Shown here in pieces: positions 1-12,908 of a stretch of 64,000 bases of DNA. The notes under the pieces were generated by a model. The model saw only the letters and a program-made list of their open reading frames with translations. It was not told where the DNA came from and did not search any database. The position numbers were made by a program, and so were the translations under genes. Source of the DNA: Vicugna vicugna (Eukaryota); assembly GCA_013265495.1 (NCBI GenBank), contig MU058687.1:496001-560000 (forward strand), in the 5' to 3' direction. Every line of letters starts with the position of its first letter. Within the stretch, counting starts at the first letter, position 1.

Positions 1-533
1 ATATAGCTATTTTAGTAGAACTGTTATTTGGCTAAATTTAATCACTAGTTTTTTAAAAGGAACATTTTGTTATCAAAAGATTGAGATGTCCCCGTTTAGA
101 CCTGATGTTTCATCCTGGTAGTCTACATTGATAAAGTTGTCTGCACCAGAACCTATTTGGTATAACTTTCTTTGGCGGTGGTACCAAAGGAAAACTTCTG
201 CTTCCAAGCTAGCCTGTGGTAAAGAGGACTTTTTCACCCTCTAGGTATGTGATTTTTGAAAAAGTGGCCATTTGTATTTAGAAATGGTTTTTCATCTAGA
301 TAAAATTCTGAAGAACAGTTTGATCTGTTAATTTATTCTTTTAGTCTAGGAAGGAGGGCAGGGAGAGAATAACTGGAATTCTTACACCCTGGATAGTCTT
401 CATTGTGGCCTGACATCAGACTTCTTTGACTGGCTTACTTTGTAAGACCTGTACCTCTGTCTATAATAGTTAAAAGTTAAATTAACTGTACCTGATCAGT
501 CAAGGAGAAAAGTGATTTTTCACCAGCCTTTAA

Positions 534-548
534 CCTCTAGGTGGCAGC
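534..548 (+). promoter_or_regulatory. Candidate CTCF core motif
   Basis: CCTCTAGGTGGCAGC is close to the CTCF consensus CCASYAGRKGGCRS; motif match only. Confidence 0.5.
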
Positions 549-1275
549 ATGAGTCTTACTGTATTTCCGGCTTCTTTTCTACCCAAATCTCTTGAACTGG
601 GTTTCTGATATAGTTACAAATTCCTGTGACTTTACCGTACTACTTACCTAACTTTGTTGATGCCTTACTTGATTTTTAGCTTTTTGCTTTATCTTTTCAT
701 CTCTCCATCTTTTTTAAAAAATTTCTTTCTTAACCAATATATATTGTTGATGCTCAGAGTCCTGCAGTTTCTCTAGTGTCAGAAATAACATTTTGCTTTT
801 GATAAAGGAGATTGCTACAAAACCCCAAAAGTGTGGTGGTTTGAATTCAGTAGCTTCCGTACTTGGATGTGAGACCCTGTGAATGGGTTCAGCTCTCTAA
901 TCTCAGTTTATCTTTTTTTTTTTTTTCAAAGTGTTGTCAGTTTATCTTGTTCTATCTTTTGACTCTCCTGGTTATCAAGTGATAACAGACAATGCCTTAT
1001 TAAATTAAAGTAGGAATATTAGCTAAAATTGATGAAATAAACTTAGATTTTCAAGAAGAATTTCATTGTTTTAGCATAAAGCTTTCAATATTTAGCCGTT
1101 TTGACTGATAAGATAATAGCAAAAGAACAAGTGTTCAATTCAGCAATTGTTTTGAGTGCCTACTTCCTACAAGGCTCTGTAGGGGATGTGAAGATGAATA
1201 AGATGTAACCACTGCCCTTGTGCAGATTAAAATCTAGTAGGAAAGGGAGATTCGACAATTAAATAAGTCATTCTT

Positions 1276-1413
1276 TTAAATTTTTTCTTGGGGTTTTTTT
1301 TTGTGGGGGGTAATTAGGTGTGTTTGTTTATTTAAATGGAAACATTGGGGATTGAACCCAGGACCTCATGCATGCTAGGCATACACTCTACCACTGAGCT
1401 GTACCCTCCCTCC
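1276..1413 (-). mobile_element. tRNA-Ala-derived camelid SINE (vic-1-like), long-tail form
   Basis: Minus strand gives GGGAGGGTACAGCTCAGTGGTAGAG...GGGTTCAATCCCCA (A and B boxes) and an A-rich tail. TSD AAATAAGTCATTCTT (1261-1275) / AAATAAGTGAGTCTT (1414-1428). Confidence 0.9.
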
Positions 1414-2835
1414 AAATAAGTGAGTCTTGATAGAAGGCTGAGGAGATAAGTTCCATAAAGAATACAAAGAACTTTGGGAGTTGGGGAGAAGAGGCAATTA
1501 CATTAGATTGTTACAGGAATGGCAGATAAGTTTCATTTTGTATGTCAACGTGGATTGATTAGTAAAGATTGCCTTGGGCCGTTGAATTGAGGATTTTGAG
1601 ACAGAGTCTGGATTCAAATAGTGTTGTCTGTTGTGAACCAGGGAAAGGGGTGTGGTAGTGTTTGCTATTTCTGGATTATTGAAAATAGACCTTAAAGAAC
1701 ACATAGGTTTTTGATGGGTGGAAATGGAAAAGGACCATATTCCAGATGAAGTGAACATTTGGAACAAGCAGAGTTTGAAAGTACAGCTATGCTCAGGGAA
1801 CAGTGTGAGTGATCTAATCTGGTCCTTAAGGAACCCAGGTTATATTAAGGGACTAGGAGAGAGAGAGAGGCTGGACTGAGTAGGGCCTTGAACTCTAGAA
1901 GATGAGGAATTAGACTCATAGGTAATGGGGAACATGTGAAATGTTCTTTAAAAAGTATTCTAGTGACTATAACATTGTCTATATGTTCATTTTAGAGGGT
2001 TTATAGATATACTTTATTTACTAAAAGAGATTTTACCACATTGTAAAGATAAAAAAGAAAGTAAAAATAACCATAGTCTTACCACTAAGAGATAACCAGT
2101 TTACATTTGTCTCCTGGCCCTCCCTTTTCCCTTTATGTAGGGATATATGTGTGTACATTTCTGCGTGTGCCCATACGTATACACAGACATGCTTTTTAAC
2201 ATAACTGAGGCTATAGTATATGTATGTAGTTTTAGCTTGTGCTTTTTTTCATTAATTTTATTTTATTTTTCTATGTCATTAAAAATTCTACTACTGAACA
2301 TTTCTGAGTAGGAAAGTCACATACCTCTAAGAGACATTCATGCATAGGATGGGTTAGAATAGTAGAGACAGGAGGCTGGAAGCTAGCAAGGAGTGTGAGT
2401 CCAGCAAGAAGGACTGAGGACTTGAGTGAATAGTGTCAGTGAAAATGGAAAGAAGCATACTGACAATAGATGTTTCAGGTGTATCATTTTCAGGATAGGG
2501 TGGGCCCATCTCTCTGGATGGGCCGTAGTGGGTAAATTGTAATTAGTTTACCTAATTACCTGTTTTGAGCCTGCTTCATGATAGGGAATTCAAAAAGAGG
2601 AGAGAGATTTGGTAAAACTAAAAAATCACCTAACTCACATGTCCCTTAGTAGGCAGGCATGTTAATTATTTTAGAAATAACTAAAATTCATTTGCATAGA
2701 TTGGTGTTACTAATAGAATTAAAGTCTAGTTCGGTCATATCACCTCGTTAATAAGTAATGTTTTAGATAGTTGTTTTCTCAGGAAAATGAATGTGTGAAA
2801 CAGGATATCCATAACTTCAGAAGTGGGTTTTTTGC

Positions 2836-2970
2836 TGTAGTGACCTATAGTGAAAAAGAATATGAAAATGAATATATGTATGTATATGTATGACTGAACT
2901 TTTATGCTGTACATCAGAACTTAACACAACATTATAAACTGACTGTATGTCAATAAAAATAAAATAAAAT
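2836..2970 (+). mobile_element. Cetartiodactyl/camelid L1 3' end fragment
   Basis: GAAAAAGAATATGAAAATGAATATATGTATG...ATGCTGTACATCAGAA...CAATAAAAATAAAATAAAAT; homologous to the copies at 8654, 29124, 33631 and 58538. Confidence 0.85.
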
Positions 2971-5719
2971 AAGTGAAAAAAAATTTTTTGGTGTCCCTAT
3001 AAGCTTTGGCAGATCATTAAACCTCTTAGCTGAATAAATTACTTTTGTTTAGTTTTCTTGCATAGGAGTGCTTTTTCATTCAGTTAGCGATGTATAACTA
3101 TTCAGGAAATTGTTATAGCCTTTGTATGTGGTAGACATCCAAATCTTCATTAACTGCAAAAAATTTCAAAAGTTTAAATTTGAAAAACAGTAATTGGCAC
3201 AAAATATTTGATGATGATACATCTATTAATTAATAGCAATATTTGGGTTATATGTGCACCAGAGGTAAGTCTTCCTGTGAAGGCTTAACTACATTACAGG
3301 ACTATATTTTACATAAAGTTGGAGGTTTGTGGGATCTCTAATTAAGAGAGAAATATACTGCCAAACTATCTTCCAGAAAGGCACTTCTTACCCAAACATC
3401 CTTGTTAACACCAAATATTGTAATTTTTTAAAGTCATTCTCAACTTTATAGGCAAAATGTTAATGTCTTGTTTTAATGTTCATTTCTTCACTTATAAAAA
3501 TGAACTTCTTCATGTTTCTTGATCATCTCTGTTAACAAGAACTGGAAATTCAAGAAAATATAAATTTAAATTGTTTTAACTCAAAAAATAAAACCAGCAA
3601 CCTTGATTCAAAAGCACCTTACAGTGTTGTAATCTGCATTTCTCAAGTACCAAATGAAACTCTTTGTTTTGTTTTATGCATTACCATACCATCTCATCAT
3701 AGTCATTAGCATGGCATCCTATTTAAGTGGTAATACAGTATAAAATCTAGAAATCCCACTTTGAAGGGATCAAGAATATTCCTCATAATTAGAAACTGTC
3801 AATTTAGCCTTAAGTATTTTGTTTTTAAAAATGTATTACGATAATGGGGAAAAAACATGCCATTATTTCTCATTTTTCCCTTGGTTAACAAATTAGGATA
3901 CACAAAGCCTCAAATTACCTTTAAGACTTATAAGCGTTCATATCTTTCATCCATTAGTCAAGTTATTTCATAAGCCCAACATTGCCTCTCAAATGATTTT
4001 ACACACAAAGAGGATTTTACCATAAAATGCTTGCGGTGTTTCATTCTCTTTTGATTTTTGGGTTGGGAGGGGAAGAATAGAGGTAAGCAGGCAGAGCATA
4101 AATTAATTTATTTGGGGTTGGTTTCAAAGTAGCATCCTGCATAATTCTACAAAGTGTATGATAGGTAAGAAGATGTACATAGTGAAAGAATTTAAAGTTT
4201 GGCATTGAATAACTAAGTGAAATATAATATATATAGTGGAAGACAATGTATGCAGTTAAATCATGCTAAAGCAGTAAAGAGCATTTAATGACAGGAAAAT
4301 ACTCATTATATGTAAGGATAATTGCAAGTGAAAATGGAAGTGAAAAATTGCAGAACACAAAGTCATCAGGTTTTTTTCCTTTTCCTTTTTTGTTTTGTTT
4401 TGAGAGCATGGGCATAGACAAATGACTGGAAGGAAATACACCGGTATGTTTTAATGGCTGTCTTGAGTGATTTCTTTTTTTAATTTTCTGAAGTTGCCAG
4501 ATAGTCAACAATGGACACATTATATTCTGTTGCATAGGGAAAAAACTATCTAAAAAAAGAAGAAAAATTATATACCATGTTAGACACAAAATTATAATTA
4601 CTTGAAAGTCTAATTTCCTGCAGTTAAAATTTTGAACTCTTTTGTGGATTATTTCTAAATAAAAATGACTAGACCCATTAATAATAACTGATCATTTTAA
4701 GCAAGTGATGAAGAACAAAGGGAAAGTTAATGATATTTCATTTCCCGAAGTAGATTTTGAAAACAGAAGGGAGTGGTAAGCTGTTGGGTCAGAGGCAAGA
4801 GATGATTTAGTTGGCGAAAGAGGCATCTTTTCATAAGCAAACATTGGCCAAGATTTTGTCCAGCTTTCTGTTTTCAGCCTTTCTTCCCTGTAGCTAGAGA
4901 ACTGGACTCTAATGTTAACTACTCAGGAGGAGCAAAGAACCATTTAGAGAATGTATGTTAGTCTTAAATGGAACTGCAGCCGTTTAGTTAAGAAGTAAAA
5001 TGGACCTGATAATTTTTCCCCTCTTTGGCTTGGAATGTAGTTTTGTTATGACAAAGGGGAGAAGAGAACTGCGTAATTTCAGTAGGTGTGTACAGGAGTT
5101 GAGTTTCTTTCCAGGCTTTCAGTATAAGAATAACTCTTTCCATTCTTGGGGAAGTAGTCTGACATTTTCTGATTTTTTTGGTTTGTTTATCTATTCATTT
5201 AATTTTCGATACTCTAGAGACTTCAACAAAATGAAGCATGTTTTTTTGTTTTAAAAGTAATGTCAGTTCCTTTTCTCCACTGGTTCATATTGGAAATATG
5301 ATCTGGGAAGGTCGAGATACTGCATGGGAGTTTATAGGTGATGACAATATAGTTTGCTGTAGGAAATTTGGAAAAATAATGACTTTTGGTAGGTACAAGA
5401 AAAGTATCTCTAACTATTAAGTCTAAACTAAAAGCTTGATAAAAGCTACCAATGTTTAGTTTATCTGAAAAATATTTGAGAAATGTAATAGAAGAAAAGA
5501 ATGATATTTTTAAAGGAAGAACTGTTACATTTGATTGGCTTTATTATAGGAGGATACATTTTAAATTGGTTAGATAATAGTGAAGAAGTCCTTTGAGAGG
5601 ATAGTTGAATTTGACAGGTTGAAGTTTTAGATAGAGACTACAAAGGGAAAAGAACTAAAATGAAACAGATTCAGGATATAAAAATATTCCACTGTTCCAT
5701 CATGCTTTGTTCTTTAATA

Positions 5720-7135
5720 AATTATTTTAAATGGAAGTATAATGTACATAGAAAAAAGTACACAAATTATAATGTACAAGTCAGTGAATTTTCATACAAT
5801 CAACACTCCCATATAACCACAACCCAGAACAGATCAAGAAATAGAACCTTTCTGTGATATAAAGCCTCCTTTATGCTTCTCTCAGTCACTACCTGCCCTT
5901 CCCCTAAAGGCAAGCACTACTGTGTCCCATAATATCATAAGAGAATTTTGCTTGTTTTTGAACTTTACGTAAATGGAATCACAAACTGTTTGCTCATCTG
6001 TGTCTGGCTTCTTTTTCTCAACATTTTGTTTACGATGTTCATCCATGTCATTGTCCATAGCCGTCATTTGCTTATTTTCATTGCTGTGTAGTATATCATT
6101 ATAAGCATATGACATGGATAATTTTTCAATCTGCTAACAATGGACTTTTGAATTGTTTCCAATTTTTGGCTATTATGAATAAATACTATGAGCATTCTTG
6201 CTGTATGTCTTTTTTTGGTACATGCATTTTTGTTGTATACATAAATATGAGTAGAATTGCTAGGTTGTGGGTATATATATATATTTAGCTTTAGTAGATA
6301 GTTTCAGTTTTCCAAAATGGTTATACCATTTTACAAGCCCATGGGCAATTTCAGTTGTTCCAAGTTGTTACCAACAGGTATATTCTCAGTCTTTTTATAT
6401 CTAGCTATGATAATAGAATGGTAGAATGGTATCTCGATGCAGTTTTAATTTACATTTCCCTAATGATTGATAAGATTGAGCACCTTTTCATATGTTTACT
6501 GAACATTTGAATAACACTTTTTGTGAGGTGCTTTTTTATATCTCTTGCCCATCTTTAAAAGCTGGGTTGTTGATTTAAAAATTGATTTCCAAGTATTCTT
6601 TATATATTCCTGATATGCTTCCTTTGTCCTTTACATAAATTGCAAATATCTTATCCCACTCTGTGGCTTGCCTTTTCACTCTTTTAAATAAACCAAAGTT
6701 TGTTTTTTTCCTTAAATTTTTATTTTGTCAAGTGTCAAACCTCTTTAAAAAGTTTCAAGAATGGTACAGTGAATAGTACCCATATGCCCTTAACGTGTTC
6801 ACCAGTTGTTAACGTTTGTCACATTTGCTTTATCTCTGTTTGTATAATTTTTAGTTTTATTGTTTTATTCTTGAGCTATTTGAGAACTAGCTGCAGACAC
6901 AATGACACCTCATAAAGACTTTAGCATTAGTTCTCCTTTTTTTTTTTTTTTTAGCATTATTTCTTAAGTACGGGACATTATCCTACACATCTGCAATATG
7001 GTTAACACACTCAAGAAATTTAACGTAATACAATTATCTGATGAGCAATCCATAATCAGATTTCCCTAATTTAAATATTAAGTTTTACATTTTAGTGTAG
7101 TTCAGATTGGCAGTATTTTCCTTTTTTGTTAATGC
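5720..7135 (-). mobile_element. Old L1M 3' UTR/ORF2-end fragment, interrupted by a second L1 piece
   Basis: Antisense L1 hallmarks (ATGTTCATCCATGT, TTTTTGGCTATTATGAAT, TTCCCTAATGATTGATAAGATTGAGCACCTTTTCATATG). Homology resumes at about 7075 after the insert. Confidence 0.8.
6712..7070 (-). mobile_element. L1MC4/5-type 3' UTR fragment nested in older L1
   Basis: AAAAGTTTCAAGAATGGTACA...GTTAACGTTTGTCACATTTGCTTTATC...GCTGCAGACAC resembles the L1MC 3' end. Confidence 0.65.
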
Positions 7136-8653
7136 CACCTCTGTAATTTTAATTTGGGTTGTGATAATGTCAAAGCTGTAGTATGTCAGAAATAAATGGT
7201 AAATTACTAGTGTGACTTAGGCTGGCTGAATTCTTTTCTTCCTTCACTTCTCCATGGTAATATCAGAATATCATCGATGGTTACATACAGAGAAAAAATT
7301 TAAATGGAGAAAGTGAAGATTGTTTTCCTTAACTCACTCTTTTCCTGGGTTGATATATAAGTTATCTGACAACCTTGTTGAGTGATATATTTTTATATGT
7401 GTTACCACTTATCATTTGAAAATTCATGGGAAACCACTTTTCTTGAAAACCCTGTTTATTTGTTGACTAACTTTGGCACTACATGAGAAAAGAACCTGCG
7501 TTAATGAACTAACAGCCCAGTTGATGCCTGTAATTATTTTAGAATTGGAAAAGAAAGAATAGGAAAATTTTAGTCTCACATTAGTAATTGAAACTTGCAT
7601 CACTTAATTACAAAAATAGAAGACAGATCTTTTTGTATGTATTTGGAAACCATTATGGCTAGTGGTGTAAGAAATACAGAGTGAAGTGGTAATATAAAAT
7701 CAAAACAGCAGATCTAAGCAATGGAGATTTGTTACACTAGAGAAAAATTATTTGGATGGGATGGGCAAACCACAGGGAAAATTATACCAAACCATTGATT
7801 TCAGTTGGATTATTAATAACTTAGGTAAGTGCTGTGCCTATAAGACCAAACAGCATGACTCAGATTGGGAAATCCACCCTGTGCAGTGGATTATTTTTAG
7901 AAACAGTTGCGCCTGCTAGATAGTTTTCTTTGGAGGAATACTTTTAAACATTAAAAAAAAAAAGCAACTTTGTGGGGATTGGAGCTACATACATCTTGTG
8001 AAAATAAATCTGTGTCCAATTCCCCAGTCAACTAGAAAGAAAAGCCAGCATGAAGAAGAAAATTGCCAAGGGAAAAGAGCTTGTTGGGGCATCTTTGTTG
8101 TGAAGGTTTAGGGAATCCCTTTAGCACTGTGCATGATCTTTAGTGGCTTGCTGTCCAGTATAGTTTTTCTTTTTCAGTTCATAGACCCTTTGTAGAAATG
8201 TGTACATTGTAACCAGTGTGAAACATGGAAGCAATGACTTTAAGTCCCTATTGCATAGATCCAAAACATGTTCACTGGAAGATTAGTATGGTTGTTGGTG
8301 TCACTGTAGACCTTTTTCGGGAGGTTTGTTTCTAAGAAGAGACTCTTAAGAGACCAGAACCAAGAAATTATATCTTATCTATAACTGATAGGTTGAAAAG
8401 CTTAAGTTTGTCTGGTTTAAAGAAAGCTTTGAGAAATATACCATCTTAAAGTAGTGATCAACTTGTAGGAATTGCATTTTCAAAATATAGCGTAAGAAAT
8501 ACTTCTGTTTGCAGAAACTAAGGGTAGTGAGAGAAGTGATGACCTGAATATAACATAAGGGAAAGAACAGTTACCTAAAGAAAAGTGAGTAGGAGCCAGA
8601 TGATAAATAGCTATTAGGAAAGGACAATACAGTGATTAAGAGCCTGGGTTCTG

Positions 8654-9205
8654 CTACTGTATAGCACAGGGAACAATATTTAATTTCTTGTAATAACATA
8701 TAGCGGAAAAGAATCTGAAAAGAAAATGTGTAGATGTATGTATGTATATAACTGAATCGCTTTGCTGTATACCTGAAACTAACATTGTACATCGACTACA
8801 CTTCAATAAAAAATAAGAATTATTTATTAAAATACAGTATAAAAAAAGTGTCTGTTTTAACATCATTTGGATTATTCTGCGTATGCAATATTATATCCTG
8901 ATTTTTCTACTTAATGTTGTGTCTTATATATAAATGGAAGTAAATGGTGTTTATGAGGTATAATTATACATTAACAGTGAAGCTAAACATTTATAACATT
9001 TATTATGTGCTTATTGACTATTTTTAAATTTGTGTTTATTTTTGTGTCCTTTATAAAATAAGGAGAGTAACACTTTGCCTGTATTATTTGTTGCAGATAA
9101 TTTTTTCTAGTTTGATTGTCTTTTAACCTTTTATGATGTTGTTGACGTGCAGAAGTTTATAATTTTGACTTAGCATTCTGTCATTCTTTTCTTAAAAAAA
9201 AAAAA
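8654..9205 (+). mobile_element. 5'-truncated L1 3' end carrying about 360 bp of 3'-transduced sequence and a poly(A)
   Basis: L1 tail 8654 to about 8835, non-tail sequence to 9193, poly(A) 9194-9205. Flanked by the perfect TSD AGCCTGGGTTCTG (8641-8653 and 9206-9218) at a TT|AAGA site. Confidence 0.85.
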
Positions 9206-9336
9206 AGCCTGGGTTCTGGAGTCACAGAGCTTTATTATGAATCTCACTCTACCACTTAGGCAAATTACTTTATTTTCTAAGCCCTAGTTTCTTCATTTGT
9301 TTCACATTTTTCTTCATGGAGATGAAAACATTAGAA

Positions 9337-9836
9337 CAGTAGTTCTCAAACTTTTTAAGTCAGGACTTCTTTACATTCTTAAAAATTAATGGTGACCCCA
9401 AAGAGCTCTTGTTTATGTGGGTTGTATCAATGTGTGCTTTTTAGAAATTAAAACTGAGAAAAATTCTAAGTATTTATTAATTAACTTAAAGATAGGAATA
9501 AACCCATTGCATATTAACAGTTAACATATTTTTGTGAAGAATAACTGTTTTACAAACCAAAAAAATTGAGAAGAGTGGCATTTTTTACATTTTTCAAATT
9601 TCTCTAATGTCTGTATTGATAAAAAGTTAGATTTTCACATCAACTTCTTTGAGTATATTACAATATCTTTTACTAAGTAGTCTCTAGAAAACTTTACTGT
9701 TCAGTTGTAAGAGAATGAGTGGAAAAGGCGTCTTAGTATCATATGTACAGTTTTAAAGTTATGGACTCTGTAAGGGGCTTACCAATCCCTAGGATCCCCT
9801 CGAGTTTCCTGACCACATTCACTTTGAGATCTGTTA
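9337..9836 (+). mobile_element. hAT-Charlie non-autonomous element (Charlie4a-like)
   Basis: Starts CAGTAGTTCTCAAACTTT and ends ACTTTGAGATCTGTTA (degenerate TIR), about 500 bp. 8-bp TSD CATTAGAA / CCATAGAA. Confidence 0.75.
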
Positions 9837-9944
9837 CCATAGAACTTATTTTGATGATCTGATACAATATTATTTATAAAACCTTAGCATAGTGTTAGCA
9901 CTTAACAAGTGCTCAAAAACCATTAGCATTCTTATCATCATGGG

Positions 9945-10450
9945 CAGCATATGAGAAATTTTAAGCATAGTAGGCATGTAATCATATTTACTTTCTTAAA
10001 AGGCTAACTTTGCCAACATGGTAGAAGATGGATTGGTAATAAAAGGAATAAAGAAAGTTGGTGACAGGAGGACAAGTTAGGGTTCTTCTAAATTCTCAGT
10101 GGACATGAAGAATAAGGGATGGGTTCTGGAAATCTGAGTGGTAGAATGGAAAGGCTTCATGACTGATTGGATGCATTGGAGTAGGGAGTTCTGGCTAGTA
10201 ATGAGAAATCTGGGTAGTAAGAATTAAGTTTTTGGCTTGGGCAAATATATTAAGAAGAGAACCTATGAGAAGAAAGATTGGGGAGTTCAGTTGTAAGTGC
10301 AGTGTAGGCTATCTAAGTGGATATACCCAGGAGACTATCGAATGGATGGATCTATTGCATAGGAAGCAGAGTTTTGGACATCATCAGTTTATAGGTTGTA
10401 GTTAAAGCTACAAATGGGAAGGAGATCAGCCTGGAAGGATGTGTAACATT
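9945..10450. mobile_element. Degraded L2 fragment
   Basis: Purine-rich L2-like text (ATGACTGATTGGATG, TTTTTGGCTTGGGCAA, GAGTTCAGTT, CATCAGTTTATAGGTTGTAGTTAAAGC). Confidence 0.55.
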
Positions 10451-10465
10451 AAAACAGAACTCTAG

Positions 10466-10680
10466 TATGGTAGACAGCCTTTAAGATGGTCCCCTATGAC
10501 CCCTGCTACTGGTATTTATGCCCTCGTGTGATCATCTCCTCTTGAATGTGGGCTCGATCAGTGACAGCAAAAGCAGTGGAATGCTACTTCTGAGATTAAG
10601 TTACAAAAAGACCTTGACTTCTGTTTTGTTCCCCCTCATGCCGCTTTCGGAGAAGAAAGCTGCCATGTTGTGAGTATGCA
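10466..10680 (+). mobile_element. MaLR LTR 5' part (MLT1E/F-like)
   Basis: TATGGTAGACAGCCTTTAAGATGGTCCCC...CTCCTCTTGAATGTGGGCT...AGCTGCCATGTTGTGAG. Confidence 0.7.
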
Positions 10681-10867
10681 GAGAAAAACTGGCTTGAAAA
10701 TTATAGGATCCTGGTCATTGGAAACAGACCTGTTCTTGTATATACTACCTTGACAAGTTACCTCTCTCTTGAGTCTCATTTTCCTTGTCTGTAAAATGAC
10801 GGTAATAATAATACTTATCTTATTGGATTGTTGAAAGGTTTAAATTGGATGATGATTATAAAATGCC

Positions 10868-12070
10868 TAGGATGAATCTTCATGACCTTGGATTTAGCCA
10901 TGGATTCCTACATATGATGCCAAAAACATAAGCAACAAAATAAAAAAATAGGTAAATTGGACTTCATTAAAGTTAAAAACTTTTGTGCATCAAAGGACAT
11001 TATCAAGAAAGTGGAAAGACAACCACTGAATTGAGATATAATTGACAATCCTTTAACTGAGATATAATTGACATATAACATTTTATTAGTTTCAGGCCTA
11101 CAACATAATAGTCACAACAGTAAGTTCGTCATCACACATTGTTACAAATGTTTGTTTTCATTGTGATGAGAACTTAAGATCAACTCTCTTAGCAGCTTTC
11201 AAATATACAATCCAGTATTGGGAAAAACTGTCTGCAAATCATTTATCTGATAAGGGTCTAGTGTCCAGAATACATACAGAACTCTTGTAACTTAACAACA
11301 AAAAGACAAACAACCCAATTTAAAAATAGGCAAAGGGCTTGAGTGGACATTTCTCCAAAGAAGGTATACAAATGGCCGATAAGCACATAAAAAGATGCTA
11401 AATGTCATTAGTCACTAAGGAAATGTAAATCAAAACCACAATGGGATGCCACTTCACACCCACTAAGATGGCAATCATGATAATAATAATGGAAAATAAC
11501 AAGTATTTTTAAGGATATGGTGAAACTGAAACTCATAGATAGCTGATGGGAATGTAAACGGTGTGGAGGAAGTTTGGCAGTTCCTCAAAAGTTTAAACAG
11601 AATTACCTCACAACCCAGCAATTCCACTACTAGGTATGCACCCCCCAAAATTGAAGACAGGTACTCAACAGATACTTACACACAAATGTTCGTTTCAGTA
11701 CTATTCATGATAGTCAAAAAGATGGAAACAACTCAAATGTCCATTAACAGATGAATGGATTAAAAAATATGGTACATACACACAATGGAATATTATTCAG
11801 TCACAAAAATGAAGTACTGACACATGCTACCATGCAAACAAATCTCAAAAGCATTGTACTAAATAAAAGAAGACAGACACAAAAGATCACTTATTGTATT
11901 ATTCCATTTGTATCAACATCCTGAGTAGATAAATCCATAGAGACAGAAAGCAGGTTGATGGTTGTTGGGGACGAGAGAGGGGCAAATGGGGAATGACTGC
12001 TTAATGGGTATAGGATTTTGTGGGGGTGGGTGATGAAAATGTTTTGTAACTTGATATAGGTGGTGATTCA
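10868..12070 (+). mobile_element. L1MB-type ORF2 end plus 3' UTR
   Basis: AATTGGACTTCATTAAAGTTAAAAACTTTTGTGCATCAAAGGAC, TGCAAATCATTTATCTGATAAGGG, CAGCAATTCCACTACTAGGTAT, AATCCATAGAGACAGAAAG. Confidence 0.9.
11032..11219 (-). mobile_element. Antisense L1MA-like 3' end nested in L1MB
   Basis: TGAGATATAATTGACATATAACATT...TTGTGATGAGAACTTAAGATC..CTCTTAGCAGCTTTCAAATATACAAT; the host L1 resumes at about 11220. Confidence 0.75.
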
Positions 12071-12689
12071 CTTTTAAATATTCTTTTAATCCAGGATAGC
12101 AACCAAAAATTTCAACATGATTTAGGAGTTAAGTTTTTTATTCTTAAGTACTCTGGTTTCTTGTTTGCCTATCCAGGCCATCCTGCAACAAATAACCAAC
12201 CCAAATCTTACCCCTCATCATCCAGTGTGCTTTGCTAAATACCACAGTGGTACTGTGCTTGGGTTTCAGCAATCTTGAGTATATTCTGAGTGTCAGTTTA
12301 GGATTCTTAAATGCAGGGCTGCTTCTAATTGAGATTTAAAGGATAACCAAAAATAAAATTTGTTTGTATTTACAAAGTGACTTTTTTTTAAAACAGTAAA
12401 TAGTTTCCTGCCCTTAAAGATCTCAGTTTGGGGTTTCGTACTCTTTTCAAAATGGCATCTAGTGTGAGGAAAAACAGCTCCTAACATGTAGAAGCTCTCC
12501 TGGGTTTTCTTTAGAACAAAAATGGTCTTATAGCATTGTAGAGATGATTATAAATGATGTGTGTGAAGTACTGAGCATAGGTCTAGGTAAAGCAAGTAAA
12601 ATTGTGCAAATGATGCAACTATATACATGGTTTGTATTGCTTATCTAACTGAAAAGAATAGGGAAATTCATAGAATCTTTTTTGTAATA

Positions 12690-12868
12690 TATATTTTAAA
12701 AATTAAATGTGAGCTTTTTTTTTTTGCTAATACAGAACAATATATATTCATTGTAGAAAATATAAAGAAAGCAAAAATTACCCCAAATCATAGCATCCCA
12801 AAATAGTAATCACTTTTAACATTTTGGTAAACGCTTCTTCTAATCCTTCAAACATTTCTTTCTAAGAG

Positions 12869-12908
<40 letters not shown>

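Larger units (their letters stand above)
8620..9935 (+). mobile_element. MIR SINE split into three pieces by two insertions
   Basis: Pieces at about 8620-8653 (CAGTGATTAAGAGCCTGGGTTCTG), 9219-9330 (GAGTCACAG...AGTTTCTTCATTTGT) and 9845-9935 (CTTAGCATAGTGTTAGCAC...GTGCTCAAAA) join colinearly into a MIR. Confidence 0.75.

Noticed and set aside
2503..2524. 8-bp GC hairpin GGCCCATC / GATGGGCC
   Set aside because: It is too short for a pre-miRNA, has no supporting context, and is plausible by chance.
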